Source: Octopus vulgaris
Taxonomy: Eukaryota
NCBI GenBank assembly: GCA_951406725.2
Contig: OX597814.1
Location: 59,830,001-59,894,000 of the forward strand
Direction: 5' to 3'
Length of the DNA stretch: 64,000 nt
Shown: positions 39,673-52,894 of the stretch, piece by piece
Layout: each line of letters begins with the position of its first letter
How positions within the stretch are numbered: the stretch's first letter is position 1
Made by a program: the position numbers and the translations under genes
Notes under the pieces: generated by a model
What the model saw: only the letters and a program-made list of their open reading frames with translations
What the model was told of the DNA's origin: nothing
Database searches by the model: none

Positions 39673-41819
39673 AGAATATGCTCTCCCCTAAAATTTCAGG
39701 GAATGTGCCTGTAGTAGAAAGGATTATTAAAGAATATATGTTCCAAGGAATCTCTATTAATTTCTTTTGCTGTTTGTGATGCATATTTAACCGACATGTT
39801 ACACGGGGTTGATCCTGGATATAAATGATATGGTTGTGGGTGGCGGACAAGCAGCCATATTTTGTGCATGAAGAAAGTGTAGTTGCTAAGTAATTGGAAA
39901 TAACTGGAAATTCTACAACAGACAGTGGAAAGGTTGAAAGGTGCTATTGTTATAAAGTTCGGTATAGAAAATGCGCCATTGCTACTCTGAAGAAAAGAAA
40001 CACAAATAAAACACTAAAATTATGTTAGACAAACATCAAATTATGAGAATAAACCGAAAACAGACTTCCAGATATAAAAAAAAATCAATTAATTACACGG
40101 AAACAAAACTTTATTGAATACAAAAAACAGCTAAGAAGGTTATCGTAGACACATTAGATTAATGCTGAAAGATTATTGCGTAACCACACAATGAAACATA
40201 TACAAACATTACTGCAATTTCAGGTATAGGGTATTAGTCGATTACATCGACCCCAGCACTTGATTGATACTTATTTTATCCATCACAAAAGGTTAAAAGG
40301 GAAAAAAATCGATCTGGAGGTAGAATTGGATACCATTGGGAACTTAAAGAAGATTAGAAATATTTTTTTATAATCGCCAACCACACGAATAAGGTAAGCT
40401 CTAGCATCACAGGTATATCTATATTGATATTTCAAGGGGAGGGAACTTATACTCTGCATTTTATCCTACACTTATGACATTTACTAATAAAAATATGTTT
40501 ACAAATAAAAGAAAGTCCCCTTAGGACACTACGTTGACAGACAGAAAGGATCACTATTTAGCACCTATTCAACAATAAACTACAATTGTATGCTGCTAAT
40601 TATATCCGTTTTCAGAATTTGAGTACCGTTAAGCAGTTGAATATTGGCATTAAGATGTCCTTGTAACTTCAGAAATTCAATGTGGTAGTCCGAAGAGAAC
40701 ACGAGTTTTCGATCGATATATATATATGACAGAGAGAGGGGGAGTGAGTGAGAGAGAGTGAGGGAGTTTCAAGTCTAAGATAAGATTTAGGATTTCAAAA
40801 AGGTGAAAATACAGAAGCTCGACACTTGTGTTTCCTATGGATACATGATTGTAGATGAGATTACAGTGGCCTAGTAAGCACAAAGAACAATGTAACACAA
40901 TGGTTATATCAATCCTTTCCTCTTAACCAACAGAGAGCTTGCTATAAGTTTTGGTGATCGGGAAAGAAAAGCAACAGATTACACAGGCAGTGCCATAATA
41001 CAAAAAGCTAGCCAGGCATCGAACAAGCAAACTCTAAATCTCAAGTAACAATATAAATAGAAATACTACTAGGTGATTCAGCAGTGGTGAAAGAATATAA
41101 AACATGCTTTTTATTGGCAGGTTTTCGCTAAGTGGAATTCTCATGTGTGCTTTTTTTCATTTTTTTTTACTGTAAGCTTTTTATTATATCAACATCATTA
41201 AACGAAATATTTTCTTATTCGTTTACTTTTCGCAAAATAGAGAAATGAGCCCTGAGATGGAGTGGCTACTGCAGGCAATACCATCATGGTCATTACCGCG
41301 GGGCGCGGCTGAGCATACAGTTTGCTCTGGAGTATGTGGCCAATCAGCTCCTTTCCCTCCATCTTCCGCCGCCTTACCCCCATTTTTCTTTTCCTTTCCT
41401 TTCTTATCTCTCCTTTTTCTTGTTCCTGGATTGTATACCTGTATTTAAGTGTTATAATTGACGAATAGCTTTCTGTGTTGTGTCCTTTTATTTATAATTA
41501 TATCTTTTGTGGATCAACGAATCTTCTCTGTGTAGAGTAACATGTGCAAGGACATTCAAAATAGAAAAGTTGACTTTCACCACTAAGATATTCAAAAAAC
41601 AAAAAAAAAGCATAACCCATATATTATAAGTAAGAAGTATCGCAGTCGTGGTATATATGGTGTATTTTGTGAATGGGTATATCCCGCTGACACAATTATA
41701 CTCCGAGACACCGTAGCATAGCAAATATACTGTATATATGTCTAGACATCAAACTGCTTCTTCTTCAAGGAAAAAAACTGTTATTTACGTGAAACTCTAC
41801 CGTTTTTTAAATTTAAAAA

Positions 41820-42069
41820 TGAGGACACAGCTTTGCAGAACCGGTAGTCAAGATTAAAGATGTGTTAGAATATCTTTTCAGCAACACAGTGAGGAGCAAG
41901 TGCACAAAATTCCAGAGCTACGTTGAGGCTGTGTTGAAACCTGAAGGCGGTTATCTTGAGTAAACTGTTACCTCCCAGACACAACCTATAGATACTTCGT
42001 GATTTTCTGCCTGAGATATTGTTTCCTCTTCTTTCCACAGAAACTGTCAAATTGAACCAGAGCACTCTG
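41820..42069 (+). mobile_element. Tc1/mariner 3' end with right TIR
   Basis: KCTKFQSYVEAVLKPEGGYLE* C-terminal motif; ends gagcactctg-TA. Confidence 0.7.
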
Positions 42070-42076
42070 TATATTA

Positions 42077-42121
<45 letters not shown>

Positions 42122-42139
42122 TCAGAATCTACCAAAGCT

Positions 42140-42640
42140 CACTAGAGACCCAAAGTTGAACCACATTCTACATACACACAAATTCATCAAATTTAGAAAA
42201 CAACCCAAAGCACTATAAACTCTACTGACAAATGCGAAGCTATACCCAACAACAACGAAACCAATAGTTAGGAAATGTGGTATTCCAGATTTTGGAACTT
42301 ATCCCAACCTACTGGAAGGTACGGAATTCCACTTCAAACAAGAACAAAGATTTTTAATTATGACCAATTTCACTTGGGCATTCGAAAATTTAAACTACAT
42401 TCGCCTAACAATGCTGTAACTAAGATGGAGAACTACACTGCTTAAAGAGCAGTTCCGTTTCCCAAGGTATTGACAGATACCATTGTGTGAACACATAGAG
42501 AAATGTGCAGGAATTCTCCGACCAAACATCACGGTTTTCCCCATCAACCAGTTTAAGGAAACAATCTCTATACAAGAACGATTAAATAAAGAGAATATAT
42601 TTATTGAAAAAGTACAAACCGCGCCTCAATATGAACGCAT
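42140..42640 (+). mobile_element. Penelope-like element linker and GIY-YIG C-terminal remnant
   Basis: KPIVRKCGIPDFGTYPNLLEG..NFTWAFENLNYI..QIPLCEHIEKC..ERLNKENIFIEK. Confidence 0.8.
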
Positions 42641-42692
42641 AACGAATTTTGGCTTTTATAAATATTTTAATCCATGAACGCGCAACTAACTC

Positions 42693-42790
42693 TATACATA
42701 AGGTCTGACCAATAAGTATCCGAACTATTGACATAGTAACGAAACTAAAGCCGCTTGGCAAAGATTGACTTTGAATTCTGCTATGCATGC
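42693..42790 (+). mobile_element. Mariner-type TIR fragment
   Basis: tacataaggtctgaccaataagtatccgaact resembles mariner termini. Confidence 0.45.
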
Positions 42791-43247
42791 GTAGAATTCA
42801 CACGGGTCCCATTAGTATATATAATAATCTGTTTGCTCGTTAGACTATTATACATTAGAGAGGTGGAGTGAGTGAGAGGTGTAATGTGGGAAAGGTGGAG
42901 TAAGAGTGAGAGAGAGGGAGGAGGGAAGTAGAGAAAAGTGATTAATATTAATAAACTTACTCTTGGGTCTTGAATAATCGTCCCTCCAACCCACTTATTA
43001 ATTTTTCAGATTTCCCACCACCTCCACTTATTAATTTTTCATTTTTTTCCACCAACACCGCTGCTTTTCTTCCGCTTCACGCTTATTAGTTTTAAGATCG
43101 CCCCCACACCACTCCCGCTTTTATTACGCCCCGCCCCCATTATTAAATTTTGCTAATCTCTCTCCGGTGAAATTCTATTGTAAGCTATTCCTATTGATAC
43201 AACATCTGGAGCATCTAATAATAATATTATTTTACGTTAAAAGCATT

Positions 43248-43291
<44 letters not shown>

Positions 43292-43322
43292 TTATTTTAC
43301 GTTAAAAGCATTATAAATATAT

Positions 43323-43665
43323 AGGCGCAGGAGTGGCTGTGTGGTAAGTCCCACACAGTCCCACTGCGTGGCATCTTGGGCAAGTGTCTTCTGCTATAGC
43401 CCCGGGCCGACCAATGCCTTGTGAGTGGATTTGGTAGACGGAACCTGAAAGAAGCCTGTCGTATATATGTATATATATATGTATGCGTGTGTTTGTGTGT
43501 CTGTGTTTGTCCCCCTAGCATTGCTTGACAACCGATGCTGGTGTGTTTAGGTCCCCGTCACTTAGCGGTTCGGCAAAAAGAGACCGATAGAATAAGTGCT
43601 AAAAGGTGGTGCTCCAGCATGGCCGCAGTCAAATGATTGAAACAAGTAAAAGAGTAAAAGAGAGA
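43323..43665 (+). mobile_element. SINE family A with a small deletion in the head
   Basis: Near identical to the reverse complement of 35275-35657. Confidence 0.95.
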
Positions 43666-43703
43666 GAGACTATATATATATTTATATATTAACTTTCTAA
43701 GAG

Positions 43704-43751
43704 ATTTTACATGTTTCGGTTCTCCTTGAAAAAACATACATTATCAAAAAT
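43704..43751 (-). ncRNA. Hammerhead motif, U3-A8 core variant
   Basis: ATTT-TTGATAA-[tgtatgttttttcaaggagaacc]-GAA-ACATGT-A/AAAT; palindromic stem III, GUA site; stem II partly decayed. Confidence 0.55.
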
Positions 43752-43864
43752 ATTTTTAAAAGTTAAGTGTAATAAAAAAGTTCATAACTGTTTCTTAAGT
43801 GAACTCTGTTGAGTCTAGTAAGAAACAATTACGAACTTTTTTACTACACTTTACTTTCAAAAAT

Positions 43865-43896
43865 ATTTTTGATAAGGTTCGAAACATGTAAAAAAT
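43865..43896 (+). ncRNA. Hammerhead motif, U3-A8 variant, with stem II deleted
   Basis: TTT-TTGATAA-GGTTC-GAA-ACATGT-A/AAA; the residual GGTTC complements the GAACC kept in the other arm. Confidence 0.45.
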
Positions 43897-43991
43897 CTCT
43901 AAAAAAATTAAAATTTATATATATAACTTATATAGTGGCATTTTCAAACCTCTTTTTTATAAATATATACCCACTCGTATGCCACCTACAC

Positions 43992-44095
<104 letters not shown>

Positions 44096-44097
44096 TG

Positions 44098-44131
<34 letters not shown>

Positions 44132-44929
44132 GATATGATGCATATATGCCATTTGAATATGGCTAACCGCTACTATACAAATGGCATATATGCATCACGT
44201 TGTGTTACCGCTACTGTTTATAACTCGCTCTGAGATTTATCATTGTTATATATATATATATATATATATATATGACCAAAAAGTAATTATAAGTATTACA
44301 ATATGTTCTAAAATAACTAGGCTATACAAACTAAATAACTAATTCTGGTTTAAAAAATAATCAAGGGTAACAGACTAGAAAATTTTAAATAATGATTTCT
44401 CATTTAAGCACAAATCTAACAACTCGTCGTGGTGGGACAAGTGGATTAGAGCGGTCCAGTACATTACTGGTGCTTTATTTTACTGACACCGTAGAATGAA
44501 ATGTAAAGCTAACTTCAGCAGGATCGAACTCATAATGTAATGAGCCATAAATCTATGCTGCAAGGTACGTTGCCCGATGCTTAGGCACAAACCCAGCAAT
44601 TTAAAGGGAAGGAGAAAGTCTATTAAACTGACTCCCATTACGGGTACAAAACAAAAAAAACTCTGGGGAATTCATTAATATTTTGACTGACACAAATTGT
44701 GAATCAGCATGACAAAAAAACTTATGTCAGGAATGTAAAGAAAACCTGGAGTATTCTATTTGCTTTCATAACGCATGGAAGAAAAATATTTATCCACAGT
44801 TATATAGCCAACGTTCATGAGGAAGCGCCTTCAACATTTTAGGGCATTGATAAACTTCAATCTTAAGAAGATCAATAATTTCGAGACACAACACACCTAC
44901 TTCAGGACACATAGAAAATAAGGAAATTG

Positions 44930-46100
44930 CTGTCCAAAAATGTGCTTCACAACCAGCCAGAGTTTATAAAAACCTGAGGCAGGATAACTGCCCCAGTCTA
45001 TAGTAGGTCATAAAACCAAAGTACAAGGTGTGAGAGACGCTTTGTTTGAATGGTTTGTGGATGTAAGAACATCGCTGCATGCAAGATTACTACACACTCT
45101 TTTCCTAGTACAGGCTAAGAAATTTTGCGAGGAATAGATTCGCCAACACCCAGACACACCAACAGGAAAAGCTTAGTTTTTCAAAAAACTGAATGAAAGG
45201 TTGACAAAAAGTGTATGGTTTATCACTTAAATTTCCAAACAAACGCATTTCAATCTCTAAAGAGCAATGTGTTGAGCGCAATCAGGATAATTTGTAGAAC
45301 ATATGGAGTGTGTGCCGTTATTTTCTTGACAAATTTGGCGTAGATCCTCTCATTATCAATGGAGATCAAATGCCCTTGCACCTGAATTCAAGATACGTTC
45401 ACGAAAACCACCATTTGTCTAGAAAATGTATCACAGTGAATGTATTTACCCAGGTTAACGATGATACCAAGACCAATCTTATCCCAGAGTTTGTATTTAA
45501 AGGAACTGGAAAAAGACCACAACTACTGCATGACCTGTCTACAATGAAGTAGGAATGGCCTCTTAAAGTGTCGTATAGATTAGAACAGCTGCTCTGTACT
45601 ATTGAAAACCTTCCAAACCGATTCAATGTTTTCACATGCAAGTTTTGCCATTTATACGCTCGATGATCACGTGGTGCATTTGATGACAGAGGTGAGAGAC
45701 GCCCTCTGGAAAAGGGGTTAGTGCGAGTCATCATCGGCAGTGGTATCACCGGTTTTTTTTTTCAAGTTAATGACACGCATTTGCACAAACAAATGAAAGT
45801 AAAATATCGCCAAATAGGGAATGAAAAGATGCTAGAAAAGTTAGTTCAAACTCCGAATCATAATAACCACGTCCAATCGATCCGAAATGCTGCGGATGCT
45901 ACATCAAGCACATTCAGATTGCAAGATATATGTTGAAGCTGCTTTCAGGTCGACGTGGGCTACAAACGTTTTCCATGTCTCTGAAGATTATAAGGTGCCA
46001 GACCGAATCATGCACCTCGTCGGTGTGTTGATACGAGAGTTCCGTCTAGAGATGATGTCAAAAACCCTTCCCAAATACTATTCAGAAAGTCATTAAGCAC
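44930..46100 (+). mobile_element. pogo-like DDE transposase fossil (CENP-B-type HTH plus DDE_1)
   Basis: VRDALFEWFVDVRTSLHARL, IINGDQMPLH, PEFVFKGTGKR, SYRLEQLL, LDDHVVHL, IGSGITG..QVNDTHLH. Confidence 0.85.
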
Positions 46101-46569
46101 TTAACTGTAGCGAGATGGTTAAACTAATGTTAACTTTTGCGAACTGCATTCAGACCAATGAGTGTGTGGTAGGCGTCACGGTGTTTTGAACATGTCAAGA
46201 GACCTGTATTTTGATTCTAGCCAAAGCAGTAATTTCTGGGCTATCTTTAGAAATGTTGTTTACATTTCCCAAGGATATTTACATTTCAATTATCGTTGTT
46301 GTTGTTAGCGGTGTTGCTGGTGTCGGCGATAGAGGTGCTGGTGCTGGTGCTAGTGGTGCTGCTGCCGGTGCTGGTGCTGTTGATGGTAGGCGTAGCTGCG
46401 GTAATGGAAATTTAAACACAAAAGTAAGATTATTTTTACTGACTTTTCTGTTGACTTAGCTAGTATTTTCTTGCTATCGTCATCATGAACACCTTTAGTA
46501 TTCTTGTTGTTGTTAGTGGTAGTGGTCGTAGCCGTATCAATAGTAGTTCTAAATATTAGTATTATTGCT

Positions 46570-47487
46570 TATTTAGCTTGGGTTGGAATTTATTGATAAA
46601 GTTCTTTTCCCTCATTTTTCTCTCAAGTGAAATTTTACTTGGGTCCTGTAGCTCGTAAAATGGAAATATAAATATTTTCCGACCACATGTTGCTAGATGG
46701 TTACTCAGAGGTATCTGACGGATATCTGGGTCGCTAATTTGCTGTCGGTGCCCACGTGAACGTTCTGATAGTGCATTTCCAGTCTGGCCTACAGATAGTC
46801 AGTCCTTCACAATTCGGCATTTGATGCAGTATATTAAATTTCTACATTTGCAATTCTTATTTGTGTTTTTCTGGCTTTTGTGTTCATCTAATGGCAGGTA
46901 TGTATAAATTGGCATGTGCCACATCGGCTATGATTGCATTTAGATACAGTGAATGATTGGTCTTTGTTGCTTAGGTCAAACTTAGCATTTGTTAATAGTT
47001 TTTTCATGTTTTTAGGCTTTTACTAAGAACTATAGCTCGATCTGCGATTATATCTTTTAATTCATTACTTTGAGCAATGCTTGGTAGGTTTGCTTTGGCA
47101 ATGTTGAAGATACTCTAGCGGCATGGATTGTGCGTCACTATAAGTGGTATCACATGTTCCTGCTTTCCTCTTCTTTGGGTTGTCCTCAGTTGTTATATAA
47201 GTATTATTAGAGCCCACTGTTTGCAATTTTCTGTAAGTAGAGACGGATATTTTTGTTTGAGCAAAAATTGTCTTAGTTCTGATAGGCGTCTGTTCCTGAT
47301 ATTCACGTCTTCTACAATGGTACAAATTTTTCCGGCTAGGCAGTGTGGGATGTTGCGTTTTGTATGTGGTGGATGGCACGACTTAAAATTCAGGCATTGA
47401 TGTGTGTCCGTGTGTTTATAGTGTATATATCTGGCAATGGAGGTGTCCTTTTTAATTACCATTATACCTAGGAATGGTAATTTGGTA
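46570..47487 (-). mobile_element. Penelope-like element: RT thumb and GIY-YIG endonuclease, frameshifted
   Basis: LPFLGIMV..HYKHTDTHQCLNFKSCHPPHTKRNIPHCLA..LLKQKYP; NLIYCIKC..GQTGNALSER..HRQQI..IPLSNHL..REKNFINKFQPKLNK. Confidence 0.92.
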
Positions 47488-47499
47488 ATATATATATAA

Positions 47500-48115
47500 T
47501 GACATGATGGCCGTCCACTCGTTACCGAGGAAGACCATTGCTGATCTTCAGGGACATTGTGGGCTCTCGAACTAACATATTTTGCATTTGCGGCTCCGTT
47601 GGTGGCTAATGTACCATGCTCATGAGAAGCATACATGACTGCAAACATTACAAACTAGGCTTTCCCCATTCACTACACTAGCAATGCGTTTCCGAGCAGC
47701 ATGCTTAAATTTTTCATGCAGAATAGGTACCCTCTCAAAGGTATCGATCCCTCCTTAACCTGCTTCCTCCATCTCTGGCGATGACTGGCATTGTTCTCCA
47801 ATCAGTCTCCTGCATATCACAGGCTTTTAATGAGAACTTGACACTGTCCTTAAATCGCAGCCTTGGTTTCTGCCGGGGTCTCTTTCCATTAACAAGTTCC
47901 CATAGAGCATCTGTTAAGGGATCTTGCTATCCTTCATTCTAATAAGATGTCCAGTCCAACGAAATCGCTGCATATGTACTATCACCTCAATACTCAAGAT
48001 GTCAGATGTCCTCAGGATTTGTGTGTCTGGAGTTTTTGAGGTCCAGCCAACATTCAGAATGTCTCAGACAACTTTGATGAAAGCGTTCAAGGACACTCAC
48101 ACTGCGTTTGTAAAC
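47500..48115 (-). mobile_element. RTE-clade LINE 3' fragment
   Basis: Homologous to 22342-22760 (LRWTGHL, QMLYG, PRLRFKDSVK) with extra 3' sequence. Confidence 0.88.
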
Positions 48116-48144
48116 GGTTCATTTCTCACATACACACGTACAGG

Positions 48145-48325
48145 CATACATACATACAATATAGATAGATACATACATACATACATTCATACATACATAC
48201 ATTCATACATACATACAATATAGATAGATAGATACATACATACATACATTCATACATACATACATACATACATACATACATACATACATACATACATACA
48301 TACATACATACATAAACAGACAGAT
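48145..48325. repeat. (CATA)n/(GATA)n microsatellite
   Basis: Direct observation. Confidence 0.96.
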
Positions 48326-48449
48326 AAATATTGTTGAGGCGAGTGAGAGGAGGAGAAATTGCTACAACTTTCTAACGGAAAAGATGATTAACATTCTCAA
48401 GTATGGTTTTGCCACTGACGCGTAGTAGAATTGGCGAGAGCAAACTACA

Positions 48450-49650
48450 TGCTAATATATTTCATAGTGAAAACATGCTAGGACATTTATTATTCGAAGA
48501 AAAGGAAGTTGTTCTAGCTTAGCTCGACAGATTGTAAAAGTAATCAATATCTGTCGTGCAAACCATGACGTCGCAATTTTGACTAATAATATAATACTAG
48601 CTTCAGGATTTTGCTTTAGCAGAGTTAGATTTGTAAGTCCGTTATCAGAAAATATGAAGCCAAGCAGTTGTAATGAAATTGTAGACTTATCTATGAAATG
48701 CCTTTATGTAAGTCAGGTACAGTATAAAGTTATTTCATTGAAATATGTAACAAATATATTGAATACCCCTGAGTGTGACGAGATTGTGTTTAACAAGGAA
48801 TATGGAGATAGAGGAGTGATTTTATCGATATATGTGAGTGATTAGAAAATGCAATAAGAATGTAAGTAATGCACGAAGGGCGATCTATGAGAAGCATGGC
48901 CAAACTATGTGCTGTACAAACATTTAGCATATGATTTGGAGTTATTTTCACAACACAGGGAACAATAGAATGGAAGGATATGGCATGAGAATTTCTAACT
49001 AGTTGAAAAATAAAGTTCCCAAATTGGTCCCCAGATAGAGAATCACGTCATTTTTAGTCTGGTAAGTTACAAGATCAAATGTCTTGCTAATCTAAGTCTA
49101 CCTTATACGTGCCTCAGACTAAGAGGAAGATAAATATATTGTAGGCTATAGAATTCTCCAGGTAATTACAGTCTCAAAATCTTGTGTACAGTTAAGAATG
49201 AATAATAAACATCAAGATTTAGTTGGCAGAATCAGAAAACTTTTGTTCATTTCTTTTTGTTATTGGGTTTCTAAACCTAAAGAAAATATATGTAAACACT
49301 TAATTATTGCATTGGGTAATAGTAATACAAAGATCACAGTTGAAAATAGTTGAACGTTTGCTTGGTGAGATAAAAGAACATTGTATGGGATCTGAAATTA
49401 TCTATTGCATAATGGGTTCGATAACGGAGAAATTGTAAATATAGAAGTACTTTGTAGACTGCTTAAAAGATGGAGTAGGAAGAAAAAGAGTAAAATATAT
49501 GGAGTTGGAAATAAAAAAAGCTGCAATTCAATAAAATCGTCATGAAAGTGATCCTTCAAGAGCATTTTACTTTGAGAAATTGCCGAGAAAAAAAGATTTG
49601 CAATTAGTAGAGTTATTCAAAGAATTTGATTAAAAGAAGCGAATATAATT
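48450..49650 (+). mobile_element. Highly decayed CR1/L2-type LINE RT
   Basis: Echoes in order: SGF, VDL..KxF, KVPxxxP (GVPQG-like), DLQLVE.IQR. Confidence 0.4.
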
Positions 49651-50057
49651 CAATAGCCCAATGAAATAAATTAAATTCATGAATAATTAAATTAATTAAT
49701 AATGCGGAATTGGCAAAAATGAGAGGGAGATTTGGGCAATCTCAAAATAAATATCAGATATCTTTCAATATCAACGAATCCATTAATTAATCATGTCTAA
49801 AATTCCGCAGTATACGTTTTATATCTGTGTGCAGTTAATACATATACGTACGTTCATGCATTACATACATATATCACTTATATATATTTAGGTATGGTTA
49901 TGTGTGCGTGAGTACACGTATATACACACACACACGCATATATATATATATTTATGTATATTCATATATACATATATACGCATATATATATATACATACA
50001 TACATTCATATACATATATAACTCGATGTGCATGTATATGTATATATACAGACATAA

Positions 50058-50101
<44 letters not shown>

Positions 50102-50116
50102 CATAAAAAAAGCGAA

Positions 50117-50150
<34 letters not shown>

Positions 50151-50525
50151 CATTCGCTTTTATGTCATTATTACAAACTTCTGAAAATTTCTATTCGGTA
50201 GTTATTATGAATACCAATATTATATTCATTTTTAGAAACTACCAGTATGTTATATCCTGGGATTTTTTAATTGAATATTATAAGAAGTAAGATATCTTAT
50301 TGATGGAAAATAATTAACCTGAAAGAAATTCATGGAATGCATGTTTTCACCGCCGGTCTGCGATTAATTCTTGTTTTTTATATAATTTTCATCTGTCTTG
50401 CCCGCATATTGTTCTGGTGCCCGCTGAACTTTTCTCTAGAGAACATACTTTTCTTTGTGGTTTGATCGTAGGTGATCTACTTCTAGAATATGGCTGACCA
50501 CATAGTGGTTTTTAGCCCTTTAAAT

Positions 50526-50570
<45 letters not shown>

Positions 50571-50671
50571 TCATCCAAACACGAAAACACAAAGAGAAAA
50601 CACAACAACGCGAGGATGTAGAACAAGTATAGTGTTAATGGACGCTCAGGAAAGGAAAAAAAGAAGGAGGA

Positions 50672-50704
50672 TTTAACGTTTCGAGCGGAGCTGTTCGTCA
50701 GAAA
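50672..50704 (-). ncRNA. Minimal type I hammerhead in a (TA)n-flanked insert (50567-50775)
   Basis: TTT-CTGACGA-A-CAGC(TCC)GCTC-GAA-ACGT-T/AAA; ACGT palindrome as in minimal PLE hammerheads; one stem II mismatch. Confidence 0.7.
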
Positions 50705-52834
50705 CATAGGAAATGGAAAGATCCAAGGAAGGGAAGACGGAGGAAAACAATCGCCAACGATACACACGCGGTCACATATATAGGTGTGTGTATCTGTTAT
50801 AGCTCTTTAGCTCCGTCCATTCTAATTCGATCAGAAACATAATCAAAACCAGCCTAACAAATGATCAAATGCATTTTCTATTGCACGTAAGACTGTGAGG
50901 CTAAATCATCCAATATGTCTTTAATCTACCCTGTACCATAGCATATGATTTGAAATATCTTTGTCTATCAGTTCTGTTACTTTGATTACTCACAGAATAC
51001 CCTTCATTGATGAGCATATGGCAATTTTATATATCAAAATATAAATGCATTTCCCCCTCAGGAAATAATCACTTGTATTTATATAACATAATATGGTTTC
51101 GAAAGATGTCATATAACCCCATCATTATAGATCAGTCGAACAAGTCACCATGTGGCGACAATATTGTGAAGTGGAGAACATATGGTCAAAAATAAATAGG
51201 GTAAGTTATTTGTCTTGTCTTAACAAAGACTATTTTTAATTATATTTTGCACTTTATAACATAAGGAAATTAATTTACTTATCGTTTAGAATATCAGCAA
51301 ACATAATCTCTTTCGTACCACATTTAATGCATCAAGTATTAGAATAAAAAAAATATTACTTCAATTTGGCGAAACAGTTAAAATCAAACACACACAGCGA
51401 TACACAAATAAATGAACATGTGTGTGCTGGACAGCTAGATTTTGAATACTTACAAATCGATGTCGATATCATTTCTCAAGGGATAAAAATAGCCGATAGT
51501 GCCGACGTTATTCCATGAATGTCCTACCGCTTAAGCAACACAATCATCTAAATACGAGGAGTTTAAGCACAGACAATGTTGAGTTCATCAAAAGTGCATT
51601 AATATAAATTTCATTAGAAAATCTGTATGAGTAGGAAGATGATTACGATTCCCTTGACTATAAAGCTCAAGTCAATATTAAATTCCGGTTGCATAAAAGA
51701 CAATGGAATAGTATATTTAATATAATTCACGACCAGCAGTCTAACTTTATTTCAGGCCATTGTTCATATTGCATCATTACGGATCGCCTGTTTTAAACAA
51801 AACATTTTTTTTTTTCAAATAGCAGTGAATCGACTAAAAATGAGGATAAGTCAGGTAAGGCAATGTACGATAGAACGTCTGCTCCATAAACTAAGCGATG
51901 ACCATGATTGGAAGTTTTTAATAACAGATCTATTTGAATAGATTATACTTGGTTATAAACAATACCAACAGCAACAAAATCTTATGAAAATATGTGTATA
52001 TATTTTAGGAACACAAGCACATACATGTTGTTGTGTAGTCCGAGTCAACTCCGATTACACGTATCTACATAGAAGTCTATTACATTCATGGGCATCTCCG
52101 ATTTTATAGAAATCTCCCAAGAGATTTGAGCTAAGCAACAACTTAAACTTACTCATGAATTGTTTGAAACATTCAACGTATACATTCACGTATAAATGTA
52201 ATGTATCTAAAGTATTGTGTAAAGTAAATGAATTAGTAGCACAGTGTGTCAATTAGGTAATGGAACATAAAATGATTTAAAACGTTGTAGTATTGTACAA
52301 TAAATATGTCATTCTTTATGTTTATTTGATTACTACTTGTATGCGGAAATCTCTAACTTTCATAGCTTTCTTGTAGTGTAATGAACCCATTTTGGCGAAA
52401 GTAATTAATCGCTGCATCGTTTCATCTTGTCATCGTACGTGCCATTTCGATTACTTTCCTGAAAGATTTTGGAATATAATTGACAATGCCAGGGAAAGTC
52501 TGCAGAGAATGGTGTTTGGAGACATTCCAATTAATAAAGAATATAAGATACAGTGTTGCTAAGGTATTTATGTACTATATATATATATATATATATATAA
52601 TATAAAATACAATCTATATATATAATATATATATACACGCATATAAATATACATATACGTGCATATATATAAGAATATGCAAGTATACATATATATAAAT
52701 ACATGTCTATATATTGTATATATATATGTGTGTGTGTGCGTGTGTGTGTATTTATTTATTTGTATATTTTATATGCATATATCTATGTATACTTATATAT
52801 GTATATATATGATGCATGTATACACACACATACT

Positions 52835-52894
<60 letters not shown>

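Larger units (their letters stand above)
43683..43922. repeat. Older inverted repeat carrying two divergent hammerhead motifs, in a (TA)n context
   Basis: ttatcaaaaatatttt..tgtttctta / taagaaaca..aaaatatttttgataa and agagattttacatgtttcg / cgaaacatgtaaaaaatctct are reverse complements. Confidence 0.9.

Noticed and set aside
41262-41320. Resemblance to U1 snRNA (ataccat...gggcg.ggct)
   Set aside because: No 5' ATACTTACCTG and no Sm site; the similarity is too patchy.
43224-43322. Direct repeat tattattttacgttaaaagcatt around a (TA)n tract
   Set aside because: Most simply a slippage duplication or assembly overlap; no element lies between the copies.
46290-46400. Gly/Ala-rich ORF (GAGAGASGAAAG)
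   Set aside because: Degenerate (GCT/GGT)n low-complexity tract without splice support.
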